DNA of 64,000 nt, taken from a virus (Duplodnaviria > Heunggongvirae > Uroviricota > Caudoviricetes). The stretch lies in IMG/VR virus record IMGVR_UViG_3300042922_000270. One strand, given 5' to 3'. Numbering within the stretch: the first letter of the stretch is position 1; every line of letters begins with the position of its first letter. Below the pieces are notes generated by a model that worked only from the letters and a program-made list of their open reading frames with translations, was not told where the DNA came from and did not search any database. The position numbers were made by a program, and so were the translations under genes. Positions 26,595 to 36,251 of this stretch are shown piece by piece.

Positions 26595-28837
26595 TATGTC
26601 TTTCCTTCATACTTGTTGCGGACATCTATAACAGACATCTCTTTCAGCTGCTCCGGGTCAAGCGTCTTGATAAACGCGTAGACCTGGGTGTGCTTAGGGG
26701 TATACAGTTTAGCTAGGTCAACCTTACGATTGTTAGCTACAGCATCCTTAACGGTACGAATCTGTTTCCAGAAGTTGTACCAGGGTAGCTTAATCTTCAC
26801 CATGAAGCCGGCGCTGTCTTCAATGACGTAGCCTTCTTCACGAATCATCTCATTCTCAGCATGAAGCTGGTACCACCTCAAGAAGTCCTGCCAGTTACTA
26901 ATGGTCTCGATCTTCTCCTTACAGGTGAAGCCATACCTATTAGCAGTGACCTGGGTCTCCTTGAAGTCTACCTTAGAGTAGTTCTGAGTCCTATGAACAA
27001 AGTCCAATAGGATAATCTCAGGCTTCTTGTATTCAACAATATGAGGATCGTTGACAGGCTCGATAACCTCAAACACCGCAGAGATGTTATTGGTCTTGAG
27101 CAGGTCCTTGAACTCAGTCTGAAGGTTCCAAGCTATCAGATGGTCGTTTAGCTGTTTAGTAAACCACTCAGCAAACGGACCAGTCAGACTTGTCTTGCTG
27201 GCGGTAATAACACTATCAGAAGCATTATCAAAACCTGCAAGACCTAGGAAGCCATTGGACTTAGCGTAGATCCTAATAGGGAACTGGAGAGAGTTCTCCA
27301 AGCTATGTAGCTTCGTCTCTTCTCTCTCGTTCATGTTGAAGAACTTATTGTATGACCGAATAACAATATCTTCGGTCTGAGTGTTCATGAACAACCCACG
27401 AGCTTCGATGGTAGTATCATTCCACTTCTTATCGTAAAATACATCACGAGTAAAATGAAAACTACTGATATCTCCGAACTTCTTCTCCTGAACCAACTTA
27501 CTGGATCTTAGTCTCTCCAACAGACTACTAGAAGTAGTGTCTGCATTCTGAGCCTTACCAACGGTTGCTTTAAAAGTGTTGTTCTTGATTTCGTGAGTTG
27601 TAGGAGCACCTGTTTTGTTGAATATGACGACCCTCAAGTGGCCACCGAATTCAATCTTTCCCTCTAGGTTAAATGACCTGTCCGCAGCTTGCACGGGGAA
27701 GCTTTGGATATTACGGTGTCCGTGTACCTGGTAGATATTAGATACAGGATCTTTGTCTTTAACTATAAACTGACTGATATCTGTGTATAGCTGTCCCTTG
27801 GGGGAGACCCACATGTTAGAGGTATTGTCAGTAAACAACTGATCAATATGGTCTTTGTAGTTACCTACACCCTTAACCATCTGTTCAGTAGCAATGTAGA
27901 TGAGATTCTCGGGTAGAGTGCTCAGGCCACCATGAGTGACCAGCACAGCTTTATCTCCGTGAAGGAAGTACACAATCTGTACTAGCTTACGGCTAAATTC
28001 TCTGAGTTCTTTCTTAGTGATACCCGCAGCCTCAAGCTGGGGCTGGGTGCTGTTAGTAAAGACACCACTGGTAACCGGATAGTCAAACGCATAGTTCTCG
28101 ATATGGTCATCGTGGTTACCGCGTACGAACCTAACGTTAGGCTGGTCGTACATCTTAAGTGCCCACTGAACAACCTTATCGTTTTGAATACCACGGTCTA
28201 CTAGGTCGCCTGCAAAGATATACATCTCGTTAGGGTTCTCTTTAGGATTACCATGAACATTCAAGTACTCTGAGAGGGGATCCCAGCAACCCTGAAGGTC
28301 GCCAAAGATGTGAACCTTATCGTACTGATTAAAGTCAGTGGGCTTGTAATTGAATACACTTTCCCACTCATAAGGCTTAACTACTGTAACCCAGCCGGGC
28401 ACAGGGGAGACCTTGAATCTCTCATAAGCATTGAGAATAACATTCTCAGGTACTTGCTTGTGTTCGGGTCTCAGAAGGTTCTGGACAAGAGCGGTGTCCT
28501 TATCGACATCCGAGAAGTCCAGTACGTAACATCTATAGCGGTAACGCTCACAGAGCTTCTTGTATTGGTTAATCTGATCAGCTTTCTGGTGAGTGGCATC
28601 AATAATGGTGAACTCACCCCGCTTCATGCGCTCTTCGAGAAGCTTGAATAGAAGCTCCCACACCTGTCTGTCGTGCTTCTGACTGATCTGGTACTTACCA
28701 TCGAGACCTAGCACAGGTCCCTGGTACATCATACGAATATCGTCAGCGCACAGAGCATACTGACTAAGGTTGTTATTTCTCAGAAAGGTAGACTTACCTG
28801 CGCCAGGCGCTCCACGTAACAGGACTAGTTGCTTCAT
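26594..28837 (-). CDS. Pnkp-like polynucleotide kinase-phosphatase (P-loop kinase + calcineurin-like phosphoesterase + C-terminal domain)
   Basis: N-terminal LVLLRGAPGAGKSTF P-loop; central metallophosphoesterase motifs GDLQG ... GDLVDRG ... GNHD ... THGG; about 350-aa C-terminal extension with a possible K.NG adenylyltransferase-like motif. Confidence 0.6.
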   Translation of the reverse strand: MKQLVLLRGAPGAGKSTFLRNNNLSQYALCADDIRMMYQGPVLGLDGKYQISQKHDRQVWELLFKLLEERMKRGEFTIIDATHQKADQINQYKKLCERYRYRCYVLDFSDVDKDTALVQNLLRPEHKQVPENVILNAYERFKVSPVPGWVTVVKPYEWESVFNYKPTDFNQYDKVHIFGDLQGCWDPLSEYLNVHGNPKENPNEMYIFAGDLVDRGIQNDKVVQWALKMYDQPNVRFVRGNHDDHIENYAFDYPVTSGVFTNSTQPQLEAAGITKKELREFSRKLVQIVYFLHGDKAVLVTHGGLSTLPENLIYIATEQMVKGVGNYKDHIDQLFTDNTSNMWVSPKGQLYTDISQFIVKDKDPVSNIYQVHGHRNIQSFPVQAADRSFNLEGKIEFGGHLRVVIFNKTGAPTTHEIKNNTFKATVGKAQNADTTSSSLLERLRSSKLVQEKKFGDISSFHFTRDVFYDKKWNDTTIEARGLFMNTQTEDIVIRSYNKFFNMNEREETKLHSLENSLQFPIRIYAKSNGFLGLAGFDNASDSVITASKTSLTGPFAEWFTKQLNDHLIAWNLQTEFKDLLKTNNISAVFEVIEPVNDPHIVEYKKPEIILLDFVHRTQNYSKVDFKETQVTANRYGFTCKEKIETISNWQDFLRWYQLHAENEMIREEGYVIEDSAGFMVKIKLPWYNFWKQIRTVKDAVANNRKVDLAKLYTPKHTQVYAFIKTLDPEQLKEMSVIDVRNKYEGKT

Positions 28838-28852
28838 ATTATACTTTCTTAT

Positions 28853-29203
28853 TTAGTAATAACCCGAATAGCTTGAATATATTTCATTACATTCTGAACA
28901 GGTTCCCCAGTTAAAGGTAACCATCTTACCATCAATCTCAACAACTACATCAGCGCCCATGTAGACAGTGCATAACTGAGGGCCAGTGTACTGGACTATC
29001 AGAGTACCGTTAACATCGACGTTCTTCCTATTCTTCTTACCAACACAGTCACACATCACAGAAGAGTTGGTTACACAATAGCCGGTCTTAGTAACGTGCA
29101 AAGGTTTATCAGTATTGGTTCTAGCCCTAATATAGTTAGCTATGATCTCTGTAGTCGAAGGCTTAAACTTAATGCCCAGCTTGGTCAGTAAAGACTTAAA
29201 CAT
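28853..29203 (-). CDS. Cys-rich hypothetical protein
   Basis: 116 aa. Confidence 0.4.
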   Translation of the reverse strand: MFKSLLTKLGIKFKPSTTEIIANYIRARTNTDKPLHVTKTGYCVTNSSVMCDCVGKKNRKNVDVNGTLIVQYTGPQLCTVYMGADVVVEIDGKMVTFNWGTCSECNEIYSSYSGYY

Positions 29204-29525
29204 CTTTCTTCCACCTTAGCCAGTTGTTCTTGAATAGGGACCCTTTGAACAGATAGAATGATCTCTTATCTCCAAGCTTGAATCCGTCATAGTTAGACTT
29301 AGTATCTATAGGGTAAGTTAGTTTACCGTACTTGAAGACAACCTCCCATCGGGCAGGATGATTAACAGTATCTCCATCATCGTCGGTAGTCTTGTAAGGC
29401 TTGTAATAATTGGTATCAGCTACTACAGCGTCCACTACAGTTCTAGTCGCTTGAGCATCATTGATGGCAAACGGAGCAATAGTTAGAGCTATAAAGAGAA
29501 GCCACAGAGGCATCAAGAGTCGCAT
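29196..29525 (-). CDS. secreted hypothetical protein
   Basis: N-terminal signal peptide MRLLMPLWLLFIALTIAPFA. Confidence 0.45.
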   Translation of the reverse strand: MRLLMPLWLLFIALTIAPFAINDAQATRTVVDAVVADTNYYKPYKTTDDDGDTVNHPARWEVVFKYGKLTYPIDTKSNYDGFKLGDKRSFYLFKGSLFKNNWLRWKKDV

Positions 29526-29537
29526 ATAGTCCCTTTC

Positions 29538-29996
29538 TTATAGGGTGAACATGGTTTCGAAGTCTATGTATTCTAATCCATAAATACCTGGACTAGTATG
29601 GTACTTACTTTGGGGAGGGCCTTGTACAGATACCAAAAAGGTAGAACTCCACTTAGAGAATTCTACCTTCTTAACTTCTGCTATAGAGCCATGCATAATG
29701 TGTTTGGGGTTAACTATCTGAATTAGATCTCCAGGAACCGGGTAGTCTGTTTCTTTTACAAGGGTCAGTCCCATAATTGCTGCCCTACGATAGAAGTTAG
29801 TATAGTTACACTGTTGGTAAAAGATATTACCATCGTGCATAGACCGTTGTCTGTAATATACATTGACGTGATCTTCTCCAGAGAGTCTCTCAAGAAGATC
29901 GGTCCTGATTATACTGACCATAGTTTTACGATCTTTGGAGACCCACGTCTGACCTGCTTTCAGGTCTTTGTTATAGGTCATCGTAGTCTTCTTCAT
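29538..29996 (-). CDS. paralog-family domain protein with N-terminal extension
   Basis: C-terminal half carries PGDLIQIVNP ... DFETMFTL. Confidence 0.5.
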   Translation of the reverse strand: MKKTTMTYNKDLKAGQTWVSKDRKTMVSIIRTDLLERLSGEDHVNVYYRQRSMHDGNIFYQQCNYTNFYRRAAIMGLTLVKETDYPVPGDLIQIVNPKHIMHGSIAEVKKVEFSKWSSTFLVSVQGPPQSKYHTSPGIYGLEYIDFETMFTL

Positions 29997-30149
29997 CTAA
30001 CTCGTCTTCTATAAGCTTCTTGTCGTTGTGACGGCGGTTAGACCTACGGTCCTGCTTGTTGATCTCATCTTCAAAATAGGTTGAACGAGGACGGGACCTA
30101 CCCTTCATGTTCCTCATTAACTTCTCTGTTTGCTTATCCCACATGGCCC

Positions 30150-30530
30150 TTATTCAATTTCGTAGGTAGGAGCGGTGTGAGGCGTACCCCAGTTAGTCCA
30201 GGTAGCCGGCGGCTCTTTATATCCAGGAAACATAGTCTGGTGGTAAGTAGTGATAAGTCCAGTAAGTACATCTAGGTGATAGCCTACATTGACCCTTACA
30301 GCAGGATCTAGGGACTGCTCTACCTGCATAGCATTGTACTCATCCCTATGAGCATCAAGAGCAGTCTGAGCCTCTAAGAGGGTCTTACCTGGCCAAGGCT
30401 TAGGAATTAGTATCTCCCCTTTAAGGGGAACCGTAACATTATACTTAGGCCTACCGTCTAGGTACTGCCCGTTAATGTCCGGTACGTCTGTGAACTGGGT
30501 AAAGACCCAAGTCGATAAATCTATTGGCAT
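30150..30530 (-). CDS. hypothetical protein
   Basis: 126 aa ORF. Confidence 0.45.
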   Translation of the reverse strand: MPIDLSTWVFTQFTDVPDINGQYLDGRPKYNVTVPLKGEILIPKPWPGKTLLEAQTALDAHRDEYNAMQVEQSLDPAVRVNVGYHLDVLTGLITTYHQTMFPGYKEPPATWTNWGTPHTAPTYEIE

Positions 30531-30596
30531 TTATATCTCCGAAATAACAATAATGTCATAGTATAGCATAATATCCTATGAGATTATAGTTATCAA

Positions 30597-30618
30597 GGGA
30601 GAGGCCTAAGCCCCTCCC
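30597..30618. terminator. GC-rich hairpin overlapping the PRTase stop codon
   Basis: GGGAGAGGC-CTAA-GCCCCTCCC; near-identical in sequence to the hairpin at 32119..32141. Confidence 0.45.
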
Positions 30619-31442
30619 ACCTCACGCATGTTAGCAAATCCGTTATCGTGCCTGAACCTGATCAGTTCAAACCCTTTACGGAACTTATCTTCCTTGTCAT
30701 ACTCTTGCGAGATGCAAGCATGATAAAGCTTATCAACGAAGCCATCACTGACTCTGTTGAGGACGACCTCCAGCTCACAGAGCTGAATATCGAGGAGGTA
30801 TCTAGTAGCACGCACTACCAATTGATGGCCGGGCTGTTGAATGAGATTCAGGTAATCCTCAATGGATTGCATACCACAGAAGTTCAACTGGTTCTCGATC
30901 TTGGCCATACCGCCCTTATAGGTAGTGAAGTAGCAGAAGACCGTAGGATTCTCGATTCCCTGCTGGTGCATATACTGTCTGATCTTGGCTTCATGTTTAC
31001 CGGTGATCAAGCAATCATCAACAAACAGCAGGACCTTATCTTGGATGAAGTCCTTATTGAGGTAGAACTCATCAGCCATGATAAGGGCTTCCCTTTTCTC
31101 TTCAGGAAGGGTCGAGTAGTCATCGGTGTAGGAAAGTGTTCTCTGCATGAGAGTCCAATCCAACATCGTGTAACCCTCTCGGGTGAGCTTGTCGTTCAAT
31201 TCATTTCTGAAGTGACGAGCAAGAATGGTTGCTGCGATCTCCACAACCTTGAAGGCCGAAGGGATAACAACACATCTCTGAGTGGTTAGTAAGGTCTTGT
31301 GCTCTTCCCAGAACTTCTTAGCCATCTGACGACCAAGCAGACGAGCTGCTCTATCAGAACCAAACTTCAGCTCAGAGTAGTCTCTGGGGTCGAAGTTGGC
31401 GGTCTCAATGGATTCGAAGGTATGGGCGGTGAACTGTTTCAT
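30606..31442 (-). CDS. phosphoribosyltransferase-domain protein (Ter-cluster associated PRTase)
   Basis: VLLFVDDCLITGKHEAKI matches the PRPP-binding motif (hydrophobic-DD-hydrophobic-TG). Confidence 0.65.
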   Translation of the reverse strand: MKQFTAHTFESIETANFDPRDYSELKFGSDRAARLLGRQMAKKFWEEHKTLLTTQRCVVIPSAFKVVEIAATILARHFRNELNDKLTREGYTMLDWTLMQRTLSYTDDYSTLPEEKREALIMADEFYLNKDFIQDKVLLFVDDCLITGKHEAKIRQYMHQQGIENPTVFCYFTTYKGGMAKIENQLNFCGMQSIEDYLNLIQQPGHQLVVRATRYLLDIQLCELEVVLNRVSDGFVDKLYHACISQEYDKEDKFRKGFELIRFRHDNGFANMREVGGA

Positions 31443-32095
31443 ATCTCTGCTAACACTCTCTTAATATCTTTAGGGCCATTAACGTGTCTGTAGTGCATGC
31501 CATACTGGATAGCCGAACCATCACAGATGACATTATCGCCTATATGAAGGATCTCTTGAGGCTCTGCCATGGCCAAACTGTCTGCATCACAGGAGACTTT
31601 CTCCCAGAACACAGGACTAGGCTTAGCAGCACCTATTACATCGGAGAAAACCTTGAAGGCCCACTCTACCCCTAATTGGTTCAGCACAGCTTCTGACAGA
31701 ACCTTGCCTCTAACAAAGTTAGTATTAGAAGCAATGGACAGCAAGATGTCTTTGTTGGCCTCCTGGAAGACCTGCAAGACCTCTCGAAGGCCTGGCTGGA
31801 CAGTCGGAGGATAGGCTCTGAACAAAGCCTCTACGCCTGCACGGATAGGCTCTATAGGCATGCCCTCTCTGCCTGTGTACTTCAGAAACTGATTGTACAC
31901 TCCCACAGAGCTAAGACCGATGCCTTGCTGTTCAGCGTCTTCATCCAGGGCACTCTTAAGAGCTTTGTAGACATTACCCACCTGGACAATGTCTCTACCC
32001 AAAGCTTCACCCAAGAATCTATTTCTAGCTTGGCCGAACTCAGGGTTAGGGCTTATTAGAGTATTCCAGACATCAAACGACACCACTTTAATCAT
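31439..32095 (-). CDS. HAD-superfamily hydrolase
   Basis: VVSFDVWNTLI (HAD motif I, dehalogenase-like FD..GTL variant), C-terminal IGDNVICD (motif IV). Confidence 0.6.
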   Translation of the reverse strand: MIKVVSFDVWNTLISPNPEFGQARNRFLGEALGRDIVQVGNVYKALKSALDEDAEQQGIGLSSVGVYNQFLKYTGREGMPIEPIRAGVEALFRAYPPTVQPGLREVLQVFQEANKDILLSIASNTNFVRGKVLSEAVLNQLGVEWAFKVFSDVIGAAKPSPVFWEKVSCDADSLAMAEPQEILHIGDNVICDGSAIQYGMHYRHVNGPKDIKRVLAEI

Positions 32096-32118
32096 ACTAG
32101 GGCCTTTCTTCTCTGAAA

Positions 32119-32141
32119 GGGGAGAGCCTTAGCCCTCCCCC
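32119..32141. terminator. GC-rich hairpin between terC and the HAD gene
   Basis: GGGGAGAGCC-TTAG-CCCTCCCC followed on the minus strand by TTTCAG. Confidence 0.45.
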
Positions 32142-32151
32142 GAATGGCTGG

Positions 32152-33177
32152 TTAGGTAGCTGCTTCGAGCTTCTTAGCCTTGAGGCTACTCATGAAAGCA
32201 AACGCAATGAACGCTGCTCCCACAAGGCCTGTAAAGACCTCAGGTACTCGAACAAACAAACTACCAAGCATGGCAAATGCCAAGAAACCGATACCCCAAT
32301 GGGCACCATGCTCCAAGTACTGGTACTCAGAAAGCGTACCCAGCTCGACCAGCATGATGGTCATAGACCGTACGAACATCGCACCGATCATCAGACCAAT
32401 CATAATAATCAAAACTAGGTTAGTCACTGCAAACGCACCAATCACTCCATCAAAAGAGAATGATGCATCCAGGACTTCCAGGTACAAGAAGGACATGGCT
32501 CCGCTACGAGTAACTACACCTGCAGCGTCTTCCTGTTCGAAGACCCCACTGAGCACATCGATGAGGCGCTTGAGACCAAGGCCAGCTACCGAAGCAACAG
32601 CAACAGTAAGCTGATGCTGAGCAGGAGCCAACAAAGCTAGGGAAGCACAAACCAACAGTGAGAAGCCCAAGAGAGCATTCTGATACTGGCCAGCCTTAAC
32701 TAGCAACTGTTCGATAGGCTCAAGCCAGTGATGGTCCTTCTCGGGATCAGCAGCCCATGCCATGAACACTTCGAACAAGAACATGCCACCGAATGCCGAA
32801 ATAGCAGGGTGGGCTTCATGTAGCTTGTGAGCATACTCGTTAGGATTGGTCAGAGCCATATGAACAACTTCATACGGATTCATCCAAGCTGTGACACAGA
32901 CAATGAGAATCGGGAACACCAATCTCATGCCGAACACAGCAATGACCATACCCCAGGTCAAGAACCTACGACGCCATACAGCGTCCATCTTCTTAAGCTC
33001 TTTAGCGTTGACGACAGCATTATCAAAAGACAAGCTTACTTCGAGTACCGCCAGAATAGCCGCAGAGACAACTGCTGAGATAGCCCCAGCAAGGGCCCCG
33101 CCCTGCCATCCGTAAACAGCAGCCAGAATCAATCCGATAACTGAAACAATGTAAGACCACTTGAAGAACTTTAGCAA
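32152..33177 (-). CDS. terC: TerC-family integral membrane protein
   Basis: multi-pass membrane protein with LEVSLSFDNAVV (TerC S.DN motif). Confidence 0.65.
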   Translation of the reverse strand: MLKFFKWSYIVSVIGLILAAVYGWQGGALAGAISAVVSAAILAVLEVSLSFDNAVVNAKELKKMDAVWRRRFLTWGMVIAVFGMRLVFPILIVCVTAWMNPYEVVHMALTNPNEYAHKLHEAHPAISAFGGMFLFEVFMAWAADPEKDHHWLEPIEQLLVKAGQYQNALLGFSLLVCASLALLAPAQHQLTVAVASVAGLGLKRLIDVLSGVFEQEDAAGVVTRSGAMSFLYLEVLDASFSFDGVIGAFAVTNLVLIIMIGLMIGAMFVRSMTIMLVELGTLSEYQYLEHGAHWGIGFLAFAMLGSLFVRVPEVFTGLVGAAFIAFAFMSSLKAKKLEAAT

Positions 33178-33358
33178 GCTCGTCTCTCTTTCTTATGTTG
33201 AGAAGAATAGCTGTCTCTGAATTAGGTTAGTTTCTTTATAGCCTGGATAACTTCATTAAGCTCCTGCTTAAGCTCATCGTAAGTCTCTTCTGGAATGATT
33301 AGATCATCCCACATGACATCTATATTTTTAAGCTTACTAAGAATCTCTTTAAAAGTCA

Positions 33359-33964
33359 TTAGCCGATGTTAACACCGTAGTTACGTGCTAGAGTACCAAG
33401 GTCCCAATCCTGAGGGAAGCCCTGACCAACAGCATGGAAGTTCCACTCACCAGCTCCATTCTTACGAAGCTCAGCAAAGATAACCACAGCCAGTCCAGTA
33501 AACTCGTCAGCTAGGTCATAGCGACACAAGGTATTACCTGTGTTCTCATCTACAACCTGCACAAAGGCTCTACCTACATCACCAAAGCTCTGCCTACGGG
33601 CCTTGGCTTCATGAATGGTCACAGGTAGCACAATCTTATCAATCTTAGAATCAACACGTGATAGAGAAATCTTTAGGGTCTCGCACACATCGGTGCCTGA
33701 ACCACCCTTAAGGTCATCACCCATAGTCTCGACAGAGAGGTCAATGGTCTTAGGCTGACCATAATAACAGAAATAACCGTTAGTAGGGACCTTATCATTG
33801 CTCTGCACAAGAATAGCAGATGCATCAAGGTCAAAGTCATCACCAGAGGTAACACGAGCCTTCCAACCTAGCTCGACACGAATCTTATCAAGGTTAGCAA
33901 CAGTCTTCGAAAGGTTAAGCTTCTCGCTCTTCTTGAGCGTCAGTGCAACAGCGTTAGTAGTCAT
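33359..33964 (-). CDS. terD: TerD-domain protein
   Basis: GDDFDLDASAILV ... GDD ... typical TerD calcium-binding motifs; about 200 aa. Confidence 0.75.
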   Translation of the reverse strand: MTTNAVALTLKKSEKLNLSKTVANLDKIRVELGWKARVTSGDDFDLDASAILVQSNDKVPTNGYFCYYGQPKTIDLSVETMGDDLKGGSGTDVCETLKISLSRVDSKIDKIVLPVTIHEAKARRQSFGDVGRAFVQVVDENTGNTLCRYDLADEFTGLAVVIFAELRKNGAGEWNFHAVGQGFPQDWDLGTLARNYGVNIG

Positions 33965-33974
33965 GGTTCTTTCT

Positions 33975-34253
33975 TTAGTTATAGGTAATTATGTTGTTAG
34001 GCTCTATGATTTTATAGCTTGTCTTGTTGATAGAATCCCAAATAGTCATCCCTCTAAGATGACCGTGATGATCATACTCTCTATAGGAAATTCTACCTAT
34101 AATAGTTGTCCGACCCGGAACCATTATATTATATGTTTCCTCTGGAGCTTTTGTAGTCTCAGCTTTAGCTTGCTTTGTATTATCACAACTGGCAGCAAGT
34201 AAGAGGGTGGCCACTAGGACCACCCCCACCAGTTTACTGCGCTTAGCTGCCAT
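33975..34253 (-). CDS. lipoprotein
   Basis: Trimmed to the internal ATG: MAAKRSKLVGVVLVATLLLAASC lipobox; the longer ORF overlaps terD in another frame. Confidence 0.5.
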   Translation of the reverse strand: MAAKRSKLVGVVLVATLLLAASCDNTKQAKAETTKAPEETYNIMVPGRTTIIGRISYREYDHHGHLRGMTIWDSINKTSYKIIEPNNIITYN

Positions 34254-34854
34254 ACCCGTAGGTCTGGGCGATGTCAGCCAGCGTACCAGGCAGGGCAGCA
34301 CCCTGAACCTTGGCACGCCACTCACCGTTGGAGTCCTTGTACAGCTCGCCGAACAGGAGGGCCTGTGCAGTGGGCACGTCGTCGGACAATGGAACTGACT
34401 CAGCCAGCTTGGTGCCGGTGTCCGCATCACGGAACATGATGACAGCATCCGTGACCTGGCCGAACGTCTGGTTGCGGGTAGCAGCCTCGTGAATGGTCAC
34501 AGGGAAGACCACCTTGTCAGCACCCAGAGCTTCGAGCTTCTGGAGGTCGATCGTCAGCACCTCGTCGGGACCATCAGCAGCACCATCCAGGCTGTCGCCC
34601 GAGTGCACCACCGAGCCGTCAGCGTTGCTGAAGCTGCCGTCAGGATTCTTGTTCAGGCCGTAGTAGATGACCTGATCCTTGTCCAAGAGCTTGTTGCCCT
34701 TGAGCACCATGGCCGAGGCATCCAAGTCGAACTTGGTACCGGGGCTCACCGAAGGCTCCCAGGACAGCTCCACAGCAACCTTCTTGAGGCCAGGAGCAGC
34801 TTTGGCAAGGTTGAGGTTCTCGCCCTTACCGAGGGGAAGAGTGGCAATAGTCAA
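34243..34854 (-). CDS. terD: TerD-domain protein (second, GC-rich copy)
   Basis: KFDLDASAMVL ... GDSLDGAADGPDE, TerD motifs; local GC content is clearly higher than in the other TerD gene. Confidence 0.75.
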   Translation of the reverse strand: MTIATLPLGKGENLNLAKAAPGLKKVAVELSWEPSVSPGTKFDLDASAMVLKGNKLLDKDQVIYYGLNKNPDGSFSNADGSVVHSGDSLDGAADGPDEVLTIDLQKLEALGADKVVFPVTIHEAATRNQTFGQVTDAVIMFRDADTGTKLAESVPLSDDVPTAQALLFGELYKDSNGEWRAKVQGAALPGTLADIAQTYGYGS

Positions 34855-35234
34855 CTGAATTCTCCTTCTAGACGCTCAAGCTCTGCTCGTAGCATCATGA
34901 GTTGGGATTGGGTAATACAGCGGTCCTTACGATAAGCCCACCATAGGTCGGAACCTATCTGGTTATCTGGATCTAATCCACGGACCCGGTTAAGAGGTTT
35001 CTCGACTATAGGTCCCCAGAATGTCGGCTCTGGACCCTCAGGGTCAGGCAGAAGAAACTCTGGAGGCCCAGGGACTGATGCTAGGTCTCGTATATTACGA
35101 ATCCATTCATCAATCTCTTCATCATCAAGATCACTCATGCGACCCTCCTTCTTGTTCAGTCGGAGTTTACTTGGCCTTCTTGAATCGACCAAGTAGCTTG
35201 TTGGCGAAGTAGATCCCCACCCCAATGGCCGCAA
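34851..35234 (-). CDS. hypothetical protein
   Basis: 127 aa ORF, coupled to terD. Confidence 0.45.
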   Translation of the reverse strand: MRPLGWGSTSPTSYLVDSRRPSKLRLNKKEGRMSDLDDEEIDEWIRNIRDLASVPGPPEFLLPDPEGPEPTFWGPIVEKPLNRVRGLDPDNQIGSDLWWAYRKDRCITQSQLMMLRAELERLEGEFS

Positions 35235-35346
35235 TGACCAAGATGGGTAGAAGAGCTACAGCAGCCTTAAAGACGGTATGAGCGAGAACTAGACAACCAA
35301 TAATGGTTGCTACACCCAGAGCCGCTTTAAACTTATTCTTAAACAT

Positions 35347-35643
35347 TTACACTCCAAATATCTTTTCTATGTCTCTAGCTCTAGCTGTAAAGTAGTGGTC
35401 ACCGTACTTCAAAACATACGGTCTATCTCCCCAACTACGATGGTCTATAATCTCAGCTATCTGACCTATGGCAGCTTTAGCTTCAGCAGAGAGGGTATTA
35501 ATACGTGCCCAATCGAGAGTATTACTAACTACTACAGAACTATTAAAGTCACTCAAGTATTCTGTACCCATACCATTAACTCCAGCCTGTAGGTGTTTGA
35601 TTATAACTAGGTCTCCGACCTGGAATCTCTTATAATAAGGCAT
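35347..35643 (-). CDS. small paralog-family protein
   Basis: Trimmed to MPYYKRFQVGDLVIIKHL ... DIEKIFGV; the start follows a terminator U-tract. Confidence 0.5.
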   Translation of the reverse strand: MPYYKRFQVGDLVIIKHLQAGVNGMGTEYLSDFNSSVVVSNTLDWARINTLSAEAKAAIGQIAEIIDHRSWGDRPYVLKYGDHYFTARARDIEKIFGV

Positions 35644-35650
35644 AATAAAA

Positions 35651-35672
35651 AGGACCCCTACATGGGGTCCTT
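35651..35672 (-). terminator. rho-independent terminator
   Basis: AGGACCCC-ATGTA-GGGGTCCT then TTTTATTATG on the minus strand, directly after the 35658..36011 gene. Confidence 0.7.
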
Positions 35673-36011
35673 GAATCTCTTCCAACTGTTTAAGTATAGT
35701 TCGGCTGGTGCAAACGTAGTCAGCTCCCAGTCTGGGTGGTAAAACATAAATGGTCCGTAGTCCTGCATCAAGTAGAACTTGGAGTACTGGGGCCACTTAC
35801 TTACATTGTTGATAGTTATCTTTTGAGGAGAAACTAAGTCTAACTTAGGGCTGTACTGTCCGGTGACAATAAAGCCAGGTAGAGCTTCATACTCTACAGT
35901 TTCTTCCTCTAGTGTGCCGATTTTACAGGGAGTCCACACCTTACACTTAAACTGAATACTGTCAGTGGTTGGGCTGTAATCTGATTCCCATATTTGGCAA
36001 GTAACAGACAT
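35658..36011 (-). CDS. hypothetical protein
   Basis: 117 aa ORF ending in the terminator hairpin. Confidence 0.45.
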   Translation of the reverse strand: MSVTCQIWESDYSPTTDSIQFKCKVWTPCKIGTLEEETVEYEALPGFIVTGQYSPKLDLVSPQKITINNVSKWPQYSKFYLMQDYGPFMFYHPDWELTTFAPAELYLNSWKRFKDPM

Positions 36012-36014
36012 AAC

Positions 36015-36182
36015 TTAGTCAGGCTCTACTTCAATATTGATTCTGTAGAATTCATAACACGAATTACATTCGATAGGATTAACAAACCTACCTGTAATGT
36101 TTAAGACTTCTTGGGCATCCCCACAGTGGGGGCATTCTAGTAGGAAGTCTTCAGTTGAAATATATAGCTCTGAGTTGCTCAT
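36015..36182 (-). CDS. small Zn-ribbon protein (55 aa)
   Basis: Unlisted ORF MSNSELYISTEDFLLECPHCGDAQEV...CNSCYEF with two CxxC pairs. Confidence 0.4.
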   Translation of the reverse strand: MSNSELYISTEDFLLECPHCGDAQEVLNITGRFVNPIECNSCYEFYRINIEVEPD

Positions 36183-36251
36183 GATCGGTTACCTAGGGAT
36201 TGCTGTACACTACTTTAAGATAATCTATCTGACATGTGTTTACTAGGCATG

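Noticed and set aside
30648-31289. 213-aa plus-strand ORF
   Set aside because: It is antisense to the PRTase gene, which has a clear PRPP-binding motif. All convincing genes in the window are on the minus strand.
32180-32614. 144-aa plus-strand ORF and other plus-strand ORFs (for example 1056..1298, 12303..12554, 33798..34202, 45429..46037)
   Set aside because: They are antisense shadows of well-supported minus-strand genes, with low-complexity translations and no coupling or ribosome-binding context.
35347-35796. 149-aa version of the family ORF
   Set aside because: The upstream extension overlaps the 35658..36011 gene and its terminator hairpin. The family motif starts at the internal Met (MPYYKRFQVGDLV), so the gene was trimmed to 35347..35643.
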